From: Patescibacteria group bacterium
GTDB taxonomy: Bacteria; Patescibacteriota; Patescibacteriia; SG8-24; DYFX01
NCBI GenBank assembly: GCA_030583805.1
Contig: CP129476.1
Span: forward strand, 1,094,657-1,158,656
DNA: 64,000 nucleotides
Direction of reading: 5' to 3'
Position numbers and translations under genes: made by a program. Of the stretch, positions 7,593 through 18,399 are shown piece by piece (the first letter of the stretch is position 1; every line of letters begins with the position of its first letter). The notes under the pieces are model-generated. The model did no database searches, was not told the origin of the DNA, and saw nothing but the letters and a program-made list of their open reading frames with translations.

Positions 7593-8702
7593 ATGGATCC
7601 TCTCGGCTCGAACAAGAACCCGACAACCAGAGAAAGCGCACGCGCGTCGGTCGAGAAATACGCCCGCATCATCCTGACAAGGGTGACGTCCGACGGCGCC
7701 GGTTTCTACGACATGGAAGACTTTCGCGGTTTCTGCGGCGTCGGAGAAAAGGATCGCCTGCGCGGCGACTTCGTGCTCCAAGCGGCCAAGAAGCTCGTTC
7801 AGGAGGGCGAGCTTCAAAGCGTGAAGGGCGGCATGTTCAAGCGGGTCGAGAAGGAGGACAACGAGTCTTCCGAAGAAGGCGCGCCTGCCGCGGTACCCGA
7901 GCAGCTTGATCAGGACGCGACCGCGTCCGTCGACGAGCTCGTGGAGATCGAGGTGCTCCAAGGCGCGAAGGCGAAGGAGGAGGTGGTCGAAGAGGACGCG
8001 GACGAGGGTGCCGAGGAGAAAGCCGAGGAACCGACCGCTGTCCCGGCCAAGCGGAAGATGTCGCCTCGCGGCAGCTTCCGCGCCTGGGCGCTCTCCTACA
8101 TGCAGCCCGACGTGATCTTTCGGACGAAGGATCTGCTGCTGCTCGCTGTTGAAGCCGAGGTGGTCGTTACGACCGCGGCGGGCCAGCTGCAGCTCAACCG
8201 CTTGGTGAAGGAAGGTCTCTTGAACCGCAAGCGGCGCGGATACGTCAGCCTCGCCGTCGCCGAGAAGGCATCGGCGCCAGACGTCTCCGTACAAGAGGAG
8301 GCAACGGTCTCGGATGCGGCGAGGGCGGAGGTTGTACACGTCGTTCCCGCGCAAGAGCCGGAGCCTCCGTCGAACGAGGAGCCGAAGCCAGCGGTTCGCA
8401 AGAAAGCGAAGGGGAAGCCGAAGGCCGCGAAGCGGCGGAAAGCTCCCGCGCCGAAAACGGATCCCAACGCGCTCGATGCGTTCATCAAGTTGTTCCAGAT
8501 GCAGCGTGACGAGCTCGCGAAACACCTCAGGGCGACGGTTCCCGTCCGCAAGACGCTAGCCGCCGCGGTACGATCGGCCCAAGCGGCGCTCGACACGCTC
8601 GATGACAGCCGAGCCGACGCCCAGGCGAAGATCGAGGGACTCGATCGCTCGATGAAAACGCTGAAGGAACTCTCGCGCAGCCTGCGCCCGCAGGCTCGCT
8701 GA
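7593..8702 (+). CDS. Hypothetical protein, 369 aa. It has two winged-helix-like repeats, an acidic low-complexity segment, a Lys/Pro-rich basic segment and a C-terminal coiled coil.
   Basis: SD aaggagg before ATG 7593. Features were read from the translation. Confidence 0.6.
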   Translation: MDPLGSNKNPTTRESARASVEKYARIILTRVTSDGAGFYDMEDFRGFCGVGEKDRLRGDFVLQAAKKLVQEGELQSVKGGMFKRVEKEDNESSEEGAPAAVPEQLDQDATASVDELVEIEVLQGAKAKEEVVEEDADEGAEEKAEEPTAVPAKRKMSPRGSFRAWALSYMQPDVIFRTKDLLLLAVEAEVVVTTAAGQLQLNRLVKEGLLNRKRRGYVSLAVAEKASAPDVSVQEEATVSDAARAEVVHVVPAQEPEPPSNEEPKPAVRKKAKGKPKAAKRRKAPAPKTDPNALDAFIKLFQMQRDELAKHLRATVPVRKTLAAAVRSAQAALDTLDDSRADAQAKIEGLDRSMKTLKELSRSLRPQAR

Positions 8703-8731
8703 CCGCGCCGTCTCGGCGCGGTTTTTCTTTT
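8703..8731 (+). terminator. Intrinsic terminator (ccgcgcc-tctc-ggcgcgg + T-run).
   Basis: Visible hairpin and T-tract after the stop at 8702. Confidence 0.6.
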
Positions 8732-8733
8732 TG

Positions 8734-9366
8734 ATGTTCCGCGCGCGCAGATCGTTGTACACTGTCCGTATGCAATCCGCGCGCAACGTCATTGAACGCG
8801 TTTTCATTTTCGCGCTTGTCTGCGGCCTTTGGTCGCTGGCGTATTTGGGCGTTGGGCATTGGGGCGGCGGACGGGCGGCGCCGACGCTTTCGTGGGATCC
8901 GGTGCGCGCCGTACCGCTCGTGAGCGTCTTCGTCGTCCCGTATCTTTCGGCGTTCGTCATGCCGCTCCTCTTGCTGTACACGATGCGCGATCGGGCAACC
9001 TATCGGAAGTACGCGCTTGCCGTTGCCGGCACGATCGCCGTCTCCGCCGCGTTTTTCATTTTTCTTCCGCTTACGATCGAGCGTCCGGTTATCGAGGGCG
9101 TGTCGGTTTTTGATCGCTGGCTCGCCACGCTGTACGCCAACGACCGTCCGACGAACCTGTTCCCCAGCCTGCACGTCTCGCTCGCGTTCCTGTTCGCTTT
9201 CGGCGTTTCTCACGACCGTCCTCGGTGGAAAGTTTGGATGCTTTCCTGGGCCGCCCTGATCGCCGTCTCCACCGTTTTTACGAAACAGCACTATGTCGTC
9301 GACGCGCTGGCGGGCGCCCTGCTTGCCTGGGTCGCGTGGCGGGCGTTTCTCAAAAGCGTGAAATAA
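8734..9366 (+). CDS. PAP2-family membrane phosphatase (phosphatidic acid / undecaprenyl-PP phosphatase-like).
   Basis: PAP2 motifs PSLHVS and HYVVDALAG; multiple TM helices. The start is ambiguous: ATG at 8734 or at 8770. Confidence 0.8.
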   Translation: MFRARRSLYTVRMQSARNVIERVFIFALVCGLWSLAYLGVGHWGGGRAAPTLSWDPVRAVPLVSVFVVPYLSAFVMPLLLLYTMRDRATYRKYALAVAGTIAVSAAFFIFLPLTIERPVIEGVSVFDRWLATLYANDRPTNLFPSLHVSLAFLFAFGVSHDRPRWKVWMLSWAALIAVSTVFTKQHYVVDALAGALLAWVAWRAFLKSVK

Positions 9367-9392
9367 AAGAGAGCCTCGCGGCTCTCTTTTGC
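9367..9392. terminator. Bidirectional terminator between the PAP2 gene and gyrB (aagagagcc-tcgc-ggctctctt).
   Basis: Hairpin flanked by an A-run and a T-run. Confidence 0.55.
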
Positions 9393-9394
9393 GA

Positions 9395-11491
<2,097 letters not shown>

Positions 11492-11551
11492 CTACCCTGA
11501 ATGAGGCGCGGCGACAAGGGAGGAATCAACGATCTGCTATACTTAGAAGGT

Positions 11552-12427
11552 ATGGCAGATCCGTTGAACGGCGGCTTCGAATCCGTCGGCGCCGCGACCG
11601 ACAAAGAGCTCCGTTGGAGCCAGTGGTGGGTGGATCACAAGGAGCAGGTCAAAAAGACCGGGCTCGGAATTTTCATCGCCTTCGACGCGATCTTGATCGG
11701 CGCCGGCTTTTGGGGATTCATCGACTGGCTGGCGATCGGCGGTATAAAGGAAGAGCAAGCGATCCGCCAAATGACGTCGCCGGAGTACGGTCGCTTCAAC
11801 AGTCTGAGGCTCGAGGAGATTCAGATCGGCGCGCCGATCGTGCTTTCCGGCGGCAGCGGGAAAATCGACATCCTGGCGCCGGTTGAAAACCGGAACGCGA
11901 CCTTCTGGGCGGACATCGAATATCGGTTCCTGGTCGGCGGCGCCGAGCAGCCGTTGCGGAAGACGTTCATCCTGCCGGGGCAGGCCAAGTATCTGAGCGA
12001 GCTGGGCGCCTCTTCCTCTTCCGGAGCGAGCGTCGAGTTGAAGATCGAGAGCCGCACCTGGCGACGCGTCGACCTGCAAGGCGCTTCGAGCGCGGCCGAC
12101 TTCGCCGCTCCGCGTCTCGACATCCGCGCCGAGAATCCGGTGTACCTGCCCTCCGACCCGCTCGCGACCGTGCCGTCGTCGAGCGCCACCTTCACCTTGG
12201 TGAACGGCACCGCCTACGGCTACTACGAAATCGATCTCCTCGTGCTGCTCTATCGCGGCGACGCCATCGTCGGCGTGAACAAGGTGCAGGTCGATACGCT
12301 GGCGGCGGGGGAGAGAAAGCCGATGCAACTGTTCTGGTACCAGCTCTTGCCGCAAGTCACGAAGGTTCAAGTCGTACCCGAGATCAACATCTTCGATCCG
12401 TACGTGTACCGTTCGCCGCGCGGATGA
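11552..12427 (+). CDS. Hypothetical membrane-anchored protein, 291 aa.
   Basis: ATG at 11552 with a gaagg SD; one N-terminal TM segment (GLGIFIAFDAILIGAGFWGFIDWLAIGG). Confidence 0.55.
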   Translation: MADPLNGGFESVGAATDKELRWSQWWVDHKEQVKKTGLGIFIAFDAILIGAGFWGFIDWLAIGGIKEEQAIRQMTSPEYGRFNSLRLEEIQIGAPIVLSGGSGKIDILAPVENRNATFWADIEYRFLVGGAEQPLRKTFILPGQAKYLSELGASSSSGASVELKIESRTWRRVDLQGASSAADFAAPRLDIRAENPVYLPSDPLATVPSSSATFTLVNGTAYGYYEIDLLVLLYRGDAIVGVNKVQVDTLAAGERKPMQLFWYQLLPQVTKVQVVPEINIFDPYVYRSPRG

Positions 12428-12441
12428 GAAAAGTGAGAGGC

Positions 12442-12476
12442 AAAAAAACCGTGCGTCGAGCGCACGGTTTTTTTCT
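12442..12476. terminator. Bidirectional terminator (A-run accgtgcg-tcga-gcgcacggt T-run).
   Basis: Read from the sequence between convergent genes. Confidence 0.6.
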
Positions 12477-13082
12477 TTAACACGTTCCTGCCGGACTCTG
12501 GATGATGCTGTCGGGATACCCGAGCGCGCCGAGGACGGCTTTGAGCTGCTTCACGGCGTTTTCCTCCGCTTCGCCGAGAATGCCGGCGGCGCAGGCGGCG
12601 TCGCGGATCGATTGTTCAGCCGCGAGGCGCGCTTCCGATTCGAGGTCTTTGTCGCCGCGGGTCAGGATGCCCTGGTCGCGGTCGTAGACGCGCGTCTTCT
12701 CGTTGTCGAGACGGACTGAGAGGATCTGCGGTGCCGGGAGCCGCACGCGCAGGGAGTCGGAGGTTTTCTCGACGTCGTCTTCGGAAAGGCCGCTCAGGTC
12801 GTAGCCGGCAACGACTTCGCCGTGGGCGATGAGAAGCAATTTGTCGCCGAACAAAATGTTGCGCCAGGGTCCGCCGCCGTCCTTTTTGGCTTCAATGATC
12901 TTCTCGATCGTGAATGAAGAGGTCTCGAGCCGTCCGAGCTGCCGCATCTCTTTGATGACGGCGGCACGGCTCGTGTCGATGCGCGTACCGGAATCCCCGG
13001 GCCGCAAAAAGAACCAGCTGGCGAGGCCGATGCCGGCGAGAAGCGTGATGAGCGAGACGGTCGCAGTTGCGCGCATTGTCAT
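12477..13082 (-). CDS. Hypothetical membrane-anchored protein (DUF4230-like architecture), 201 aa.
   Basis: N-terminal TM helix plus a soluble domain. The family assignment is from memory of DUF4230 and is uncertain. Confidence 0.5.
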   Translation of the reverse strand: MTMRATATVSLITLLAGIGLASWFFLRPGDSGTRIDTSRAAVIKEMRQLGRLETSSFTIEKIIEAKKDGGGPWRNILFGDKLLLIAHGEVVAGYDLSGLSEDDVEKTSDSLRVRLPAPQILSVRLDNEKTRVYDRDQGILTRGDKDLESEARLAAEQSIRDAACAAGILGEAEENAVKQLKAVLGALGYPDSIIQSPAGTC

Positions 13083-13122
13083 AGGGGGTGGGTTTCAGTA
13101 GTATCGTAGGGAACTTTGACGC

Positions 13123-14220
13123 ATGTTGCAACGCACGATCCAGGCGTACCGAAAATTCGATTGGCTGCTCTTCGGCTCGGCGGTTTTGCTGACGGGTCTC
13201 GGCCTCCTCGCGCTTTACTCGATCGGCCTCGGCGCCGACGGCGATTTCGGCGCTTTCAAGAAGCAGCTGTTTTTCTTCGCGCTGGGCCTTCTGATCGTCG
13301 CGGTCGGCACGGTCGGCTTCCATTACCGTTGGCTGTCCTTCGTCACGGTGCCGATGTACTTCGGCATGATGCTGCTTCTCCTCACGGTGCTCGTCACGGG
13401 CCAGGTGATCCGCGGCACGCGCGGCTGGATCTACATCGGTTCCGCCGGCTTCCAGCCCGTCGAGCTCGCCAAGGTCGTGCTGATCATCATCATGGCGAAA
13501 TTCCTGGCGACGCACGGGCGCTATACGAAAGATATCCGCGTCGTAATCCAGAGCGCGGTCACGGTCGTTCTCATGCTCCTGCTCGTCGTGCTGCAGCCGG
13601 ACTTGGGCGGCGCCATCATCCTCGCTTCGATCTGGTTCGGCATGGTGCTCGTCTCGGGTCTTCGCGCCAAGCACCTCCTCACGATGGCCGCGATCGCGAT
13701 CGCCTTCGGCGCGGTCTCGTGGCTGTTCCTCCTGCGGCCGTATCAAAAGGAACGTATCGCGACGTTCTTGAACCCGGCCAGCGATCCGTTCGGGCAAGGC
13801 TATAACGTCACGCAATCGGTGATCGCGATCGGCGCCGGACAGCTGACGGGCAGGGGAGTCGCTTCCGGTTCGCAGAGCCAGCTGCGCTTCTTGCCGGAAG
13901 CGAAAACCGACTTCATCTTTTCCGTCATCGCCGAGGAGATGGGCTTCATCGGCGTGCTGATCCTGCTCGGTCTCTTCGGCGTTCTCTTTTCGCGCCTGTA
14001 CGTTTTGGCCGCGACGTCCCGTGACGACTTCACGCTCTTCCTCGTGATCGGTACGTCGGTACTGATCGCTTCCGAGACGTTCGTGAACATCGGCGTCGCT
14101 TCCGGCATCCTGCCGGTCACCGGCCTCGCGCTGCCGTTCGTGAGCTATGGCGGCACCTCGCTCGTCATGCACTTCGTTCTGATCGCGCTCATGCAGAACA
14201 TCGCCGTGCGAAGAAGCTGA
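13123..14220 (+). CDS. SEDS-family peptidoglycan glycosyltransferase (FtsW/RodA).
   Basis: Ten TM segments. Conserved motifs GYNVTQSVIAIGAGQLTGRG and FIFSVIAEEMGFIGV. Confidence 0.9.
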   Translation: MLQRTIQAYRKFDWLLFGSAVLLTGLGLLALYSIGLGADGDFGAFKKQLFFFALGLLIVAVGTVGFHYRWLSFVTVPMYFGMMLLLLTVLVTGQVIRGTRGWIYIGSAGFQPVELAKVVLIIIMAKFLATHGRYTKDIRVVIQSAVTVVLMLLLVVLQPDLGGAIILASIWFGMVLVSGLRAKHLLTMAAIAIAFGAVSWLFLLRPYQKERIATFLNPASDPFGQGYNVTQSVIAIGAGQLTGRGVASGSQSQLRFLPEAKTDFIFSVIAEEMGFIGVLILLGLFGVLFSRLYVLAATSRDDFTLFLVIGTSVLIASETFVNIGVASGILPVTGLALPFVSYGGTSLVMHFVLIALMQNIAVRRS

Positions 14221-14261
14221 AAAGCAGGTGAACAAGATTGTTGTTCGAAGGGATCTACGAT

Positions 14262-14300
14262 AAAAACGCGCGCCGTCGCATGATTGACGCGCGTTTTTTG
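14262..14300 (+). terminator. Intrinsic terminator after the SEDS gene (cgcgcg...cgcgcg + TTTTTT).
   Basis: Hairpin and T-run visible. Confidence 0.5.
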
Positions 14301-14351
14301 TTTTGTTATTTTTCGCGCGTCAGGAACGGTTCTTGAACAAGGAAGTGATCC

Positions 14352-15008
14352 ATGGGCGATGCAAGCAACTGGCCGTACGGTTTCGCGAACAATCGCCAGC
14401 CACCGACGGAGAAGCGTGTCTGGGCGTTTGCAGGCCGCAAACTGGCCGGAAAAGAGACGGCCGCGCGCTATGTCGCTATGGCGCTCGGAGCCAGCGAAAC
14501 GCACACGTACTCGGACATTCTCTACGACACGTTCGCTTTATGGGGCTTCGATCGGCACATGAACAGCCGGGCCGAACTGATCGCTCTTTCCGATTTCATG
14601 CGCGGGCTCAAGGGCCAGGAGGCCATGACAAACGTGCTTCATGAGCGCCTTCGAACCGGGCGAGGAACGGACGCGATCATCGACGGCCTCCGCCTTCCGC
14701 CGGACGTCGACCGCTTGATCGCCGACTTCGGACGCCCGAACGTGACGCTCGTTTGGATCGAAGCCTCCGCCGACAATCGCTTCGAACGCGCCTGCCGGCG
14801 CAAGGACAAGAAGGGCGAGGAGCGCATGGCGCGGGCGCAGTTCGATGCCGAAGAGGCTGCTTCGACCGAGGCGCTGCTCGAACAGATACGCGCGCGTTGC
14901 GACGTCGAGATCGACAACAATGCGGCGTTGGATGCGGATGGGAACCCTCAAGCGATGTGGGATCAGCTCGACGCGATGCTGGCGCAACGGCGCGCTCCGC
15001 GACTCTGA
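14352..15008 (+). CDS. P-loop dNMP-kinase-like protein; paralogue of ORF 2720-3325. It has the non-canonical Walker A GRKLAGKET.
   Basis: Walker A GKET, and the shared segment IIDGLRLPPDVDRLIADFG...VTLVWIEAS...RFERACRRKDKKGE, which aligns to VVDGIRRPADYANLKELSG...LIYVTAP...RWERARKRGEK of the other copy. Confidence 0.5.
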   Translation: MGDASNWPYGFANNRQPPTEKRVWAFAGRKLAGKETAARYVAMALGASETHTYSDILYDTFALWGFDRHMNSRAELIALSDFMRGLKGQEAMTNVLHERLRTGRGTDAIIDGLRLPPDVDRLIADFGRPNVTLVWIEASADNRFERACRRKDKKGEERMARAQFDAEEAASTEALLEQIRARCDVEIDNNAALDADGNPQAMWDQLDAMLAQRRAPRL

Positions 15009-15020
15009 AACGATATGCGC

Positions 15021-15046
15021 GACGCCTCTCGAAGGCGTCTTTTTTG
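15021..15046 (+). terminator. Intrinsic terminator (gacgcc-tctcgaa-ggcgtc + TTTTTT).
   Basis: Visible in the sequence after the stop at 15008. Confidence 0.65.
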
Positions 15047-15203
15047 TACGTTTGGATCCTGGATCCCGGCCTGCGCCGGGATGGCTTCGCAGGCAAAGTT
15101 AAGGCGCTTTGATTACCTGCTCGCCAGTTATACACTCGACAAGTCTTGCAAAAAATGGTATCGTGTGAAGGTAAAACAAAGTTCGTCCACAATACCAAAG
15201 GCT

Positions 15204-15572
15204 ATGGCTCCGCTTTCACAATCTACGCCAAGCTATTATCAGGACGGCCTCCGGATGATCTCGTTTTGCCCTCTGTGCGAAACGAATTACAACCCGATGG
15301 AGGCGCGCGTTCTGGGCGAAAAAGAAGATGGCCATCTCCTGCACATCCGCTGTAAGAAGTGCTGGAACTCCATCCTGGCTTTGGTGCTTGTCTCGAACGC
15401 CGGCGTCTCTTCGGTCGGCCTCATCACCGACCTGACCTTCGACGACGTCCGCAAATTTTCCACCCGCGAAACGGCCGTCACGACCGACGACGTCATCAGC
15501 GTACATCAACTGCTTGCGCAGGATGGCGACGGCTCGTTCGACTTCATCGACGCGGTCCTGGAGTACATGTAA
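15204..15572 (+). CDS. Hypothetical zinc-ribbon protein, 122 aa (CPLC...CKKC).
   Basis: ATG at 15204. Two CxxC pairs, followed by a hydrophobic segment. An AT-rich, promoter-like region lies upstream (15110-15200). Confidence 0.5.
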   Translation: MAPLSQSTPSYYQDGLRMISFCPLCETNYNPMEARVLGEKEDGHLLHIRCKKCWNSILALVLVSNAGVSSVGLITDLTFDDVRKFSTRETAVTTDDVISVHQLLAQDGDGSFDFIDAVLEYM

Positions 15573-15653
15573 ACCCGACGGCAAAGCCGGCCCTTGACAG
15601 GGTCGGCTTTTGCGTTTATCATCCCACCATAATTCTTATTGCTGAGTAGCCCT

Positions 15654-16340
15654 ATGGCGATGGATGCAATCAAGCTGCCTCTCACCAAACGCGACGTGAA
15701 GGTGAAGGCCAAGAAGCTGCGTGCGCAGGGTCTCATTCCGGCGGTCCTCTACGGACACGGAACCGAGAACCACCACCTGGCTGTCCCGTACAACGTCTTT
15801 ACGAAGGCCTTCAAGGCCGCCGGCGAATCCACCTTGCTCGACCTCGAACTCGAGGGTAACGGCACGGTGAAGGGTCTGGTCAAAGACTGGCAGGTCGATC
15901 CGCTCTCGAACCGCTACACCCACGTCGACTTCTATCAGGTGAACCTGAAGGAGAAGCTGAAGGTGACGATCGCGCTCAACTTCGTTGGCGAGTCGGCTGC
16001 GGTGAAGGAGCAGGGCGGTTCGCTCGTGAAGAGCATGGACAGCCTGCGCGTCGAATGTCTGCCGGGCGACCTGGTGCACAACATCGACGTCGACGTTTCG
16101 GTCCTGAAGTCGTTCGACGACATGATCCACGTCAGCGACCTCAAGCTCCCCGAGGGCATCGAGGTCCTGGAAGACGCGAACGCCGTGGTTGTCCTGGTCG
16201 AAGCTCCGATGACCGAAGACCAGCTGAAGGCGCTCGAGAACGCCGCTCCGGTCGACGTCACGGCGATCAAGACCGAGGCCGAAGAAAAGAAAGCTGCCGA
16301 GGAAGCCGCCAAGGCCGCCGAGGAAGCCGCGAAGGAGTAA
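15654..16340 (+). CDS. rplY: 50S ribosomal protein L25 / general stress protein Ctc, with a C-terminal Ala/Glu/Lys tail.
   Basis: Conserved L25 start KRDVKVKAKKLRAQGLIPAVLYGHG, plus the beta-barrel C-terminal domain. Confidence 0.9.
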   Translation: MAMDAIKLPLTKRDVKVKAKKLRAQGLIPAVLYGHGTENHHLAVPYNVFTKAFKAAGESTLLDLELEGNGTVKGLVKDWQVDPLSNRYTHVDFYQVNLKEKLKVTIALNFVGESAAVKEQGGSLVKSMDSLRVECLPGDLVHNIDVDVSVLKSFDDMIHVSDLKLPEGIEVLEDANAVVVLVEAPMTEDQLKALENAAPVDVTAIKTEAEEKKAAEEAAKAAEEAAKE

Positions 16341-16354
16341 TCTCCTCGCAAAGC

Positions 16355-16378
16355 AAAACGCCCCTCACGGGGCGTTTT
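16355..16378. terminator. Bidirectional terminator (aaaacgcccc-tcac-ggggcgtttt) overlapping the prmC stop codon.
   Basis: Perfect hairpin with A and T flanks, shared by rplY (+) and prmC (-). Confidence 0.6.
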
Positions 16379-17222
16379 GGTATTCGGCGATGAGGATGCG
16401 TTCGTCGCGGTGCAGGTCTTTCAGGATCGTGACGGACGCGCCGGGCATGGCTGATGCCGCCAATTGCGCCAGCTCCTTGAACTGCCCCGGCTCCGCTTCG
16501 AGCGCGAGAAGTTTCGGCGGGCGTTTCCAACGAGCCACGTGTTTGAACAATGCGCGGTAATGGTCGAGACCGTCTTTGCCGGAGACGAGCGCGAGCTTCG
16601 GCTCGTGCATACGGACTTCCGGCTGCGCGTGTTTCCAGGTCGCGATCGGCAGGTACGGAAGATTGGCGACGATCGCCACCGGGCCTCGAGGTTCCTGGAA
16701 CCGGTTTTTCAAAATATCGATCTTGGCGAAACGGACGCGGCGGCCGAGCTTCAGCCTTCGCGCGTTCGTCTTCGCTACGGCCAACGCCTTCGCCGAGACG
16801 TCGTAGAGGACGGCTTTGTTGTTCGCGCGTTCGGCGGCCAGGGTCAGACCGATCGCGCCGGAGCCGGTGCCGATGTCGAGGAACGTTTCGCCGTCTTTCG
16901 TCCGGGCAAGCACGGCTTCCACGAGCAGCTCCGTTTCCGGACGGGGAATCAGGACGTCTTTGGTAACCGTAAACACCCTTCCGTAGAAGCCGCGTTCGCC
17001 GATGATCTGGGCGAAGGGCACGTGCCGGGCGCGCGCCGCGACGCCCGTGGCGTAGGCTTTCGCCGTGGCGGGCGACACGGGCGCCTCCGGGTGCGCCAAG
17101 AGCCATGCGAGATCCTTCTTCAAGAGACGCGCCAAAAGCGACTCCGCTTCGAGAAGGGGTTCGGGAATGCGGGCGCGTTTCAAGCGGCTCGCGGCGGCAG
17201 AGGTGAGATCGCGTACGTGCAT
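16365..17222 (-). CDS. prmC: Release-factor glutamine N5-methyltransferase PrmC/HemK.
   Basis: SAM-MTase motifs LDIGTGSGAIGL and NLPY (an NPPY variant). First ATG at 17222; the track start at 17240 is TTG. Confidence 0.85.
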   Translation of the reverse strand: MHVRDLTSAAASRLKRARIPEPLLEAESLLARLLKKDLAWLLAHPEAPVSPATAKAYATGVAARARHVPFAQIIGERGFYGRVFTVTKDVLIPRPETELLVEAVLARTKDGETFLDIGTGSGAIGLTLAAERANNKAVLYDVSAKALAVAKTNARRLKLGRRVRFAKIDILKNRFQEPRGPVAIVANLPYLPIATWKHAQPEVRMHEPKLALVSGKDGLDHYRALFKHVARWKRPPKLLALEAEPGQFKELAQLAASAMPGASVTILKDLHRDERILIAEYQNAP

Positions 17223-17238
17223 GCGGGCACTGTACGAC

Positions 17239-17268
17239 AAAAAGAAAAGCTCCGCGAGAGACGGAGCG
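17239..17268 (-). terminator. Terminator-like hairpin (gctccg-cgagaga-cggagc + T-run on the minus strand) between the upstream hypothetical gene and prmC.
   Basis: Read from the sequence. Its position inside an operon suggests partial termination or attenuation. Confidence 0.35.
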
Positions 17269-17276
17269 TGCGTCGA

Positions 17277-17675
17277 TCAGACGGCCGGCTTCTCCATGAA
17301 GTCGGCCTCGGTCAGCTCGCCGCTGGCGAGAGCGTGCAGGAAGCGGGCGAGGCCGCCGAGGCACTCCTCGGGCTTCGCGAAGTGCTGCGCCCAGCTGTTG
17401 AGGAGGCCGGAGACGTCGAGGGCGTGGCCATGGATCTCCGGGTTGGCTTCGAAGAGCTCCGTGATCTCCGACCAGAGGAACGTTCCGACGTAGATGGGGC
17501 CGGGAATGCCGTAGCGGCTGATGATCTCGCGGACGCGTTCGCGTCCGGCGAAGCCGTCGGGACTCGGTTCCTTCCAGTGCGCCGCATGGGCGTGATGGCT
17601 GGCCCAGCCGAGCCACTTGATGGCGAAGAGCAGCTGGCCGATGCGGATCTGAAGCGGCGGAAAGACTTTCTTCAC
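17277..17675 (-). CDS. Hypothetical protein, 132 aa, His-rich (HHAHAAHW...HGH); possibly DinB-like.
   Basis: GTG start at 17675 with SD ggagga at spacing 4. The long N-terminal extension in the track overlaps the neighbouring gene and is rejected. Confidence 0.45.
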   Translation of the reverse strand: MKKVFPPLQIRIGQLLFAIKWLGWASHHAHAAHWKEPSPDGFAGRERVREIISRYGIPGPIYVGTFLWSEITELFEANPEIHGHALDVSGLLNSWAQHFAKPEECLGGLARFLHALASGELTEADFMEKPAV

Positions 17676-17721
17676 GTGTTCCTCCAGGTTGGACGGTGCC
17701 GTGGTATCACGCGGCGCGCGT

Positions 17722-18399
17722 TCAGTCAACCCTCGTGGCGCGGCGTGCGGCTTCAAGTTCGTCCGGCGTGCCCACGGGCATCCAGAATTTCGACTCGATG
17801 AGCTGAACAGGATTTTTATCCAGGTGCTTCGCCAGCGTTTGCGGCAAGCCGAACTCGCCGTTCGGCAGCGCCGCCGGTTCGAGATCGAAGAAGCGCGCGT
17901 CGAGCAGGCAGGCGCCGACGTACACTTCATGCGCTTCGAGACCGACGACGTCCTTGTTCGGAACGATCTTCTTCAAGAAGCCGTCCGCGCTTTCGAGGTG
18001 GCTGTACGGGTTCGGCGCCGGGACGCGGTGCGCGAGCATGGCGAAGGGCTTGGCCGCGGCGAGACGCTCCAAATCTTCCCGCGCGTAGAGGTCGTCGCCG
18101 TTCAGCGCCAAAAACGGTTCGGCGTCCAAAAACGGCTTGGCGCGCAGTAGGGCGTCGTAGGTGCCGCGCAGGTCGGTTTGGTCCACGCAGCGGACGCGGG
18201 CGGTGTTTTCAAAACGCATGCAGATCGCCTGGCTCAGGTAGCCGACGACGATTACGATTTCCGAAACGGTTTCGGGCAGCGCCTCGATCGTATGCTGAAG
18301 AATCGGCTTGCCGCCGATCTCGATCATCGGTTTCGGAATCGTATCCGTAAGGGGACGCAAACGAGTGCCGAGACCCGCTGCAAAAATGACAGCTTTCAT
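17722..18399 (-). CDS. NDP-sugar pyrophosphorylase (nucleotidyltransferase family).
   Basis: N-terminal signature [30 protein letters not shown] overlap with the prfA stop. Confidence 0.8.
   Translation of the reverse strand: MKAVIFAAGLGTRLRPLTDTIPKPMIEIGGKPILQHTIEALPETVSEIVIVVGYLSQAICMRFENTARVRCVDQTDLRGTYDALLRAKPFLDAEPFLALNGDDLYAREDLERLAAAKPFAMLAHRVPAPNPYSHLESADGFLKKIVPNKDVVGLEAHEVYVGACLLDARFFDLEPAALPNGEFGLPQTLAKHLDKNPVQLIESKFWMPVGTPDELEAARRATRVD

Noticed and set aside
7060-7641. 193-aa minus-strand ORF upstream of secE.
   Set aside because: The product is R/S/P-rich and overlaps the better-supported plus-strand wH-like gene, which has an SD-led start. It is a likely artefact.
7506-8525. 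339-aa minus-strand ORF.
   Set aside because: It is antisense to the 369-aa hypothetical gene. The product is extremely Arg/Leu-rich low complexity.
12892-14235. 447-aa minus-strand ORF.
   Set aside because: It is antisense to the SEDS (FtsW/RodA) gene. The product is R/D/E/H-rich nonsense with no TM helices.
16267-17616. 449-aa minus-strand ORF and the overlapping plus-strand ORF 16464-17801.
   Set aside because: Both are Arg/Pro/Gly-rich alternative frames over the prmC and hypothetical genes. The prmC frame carries clear methyltransferase motifs.
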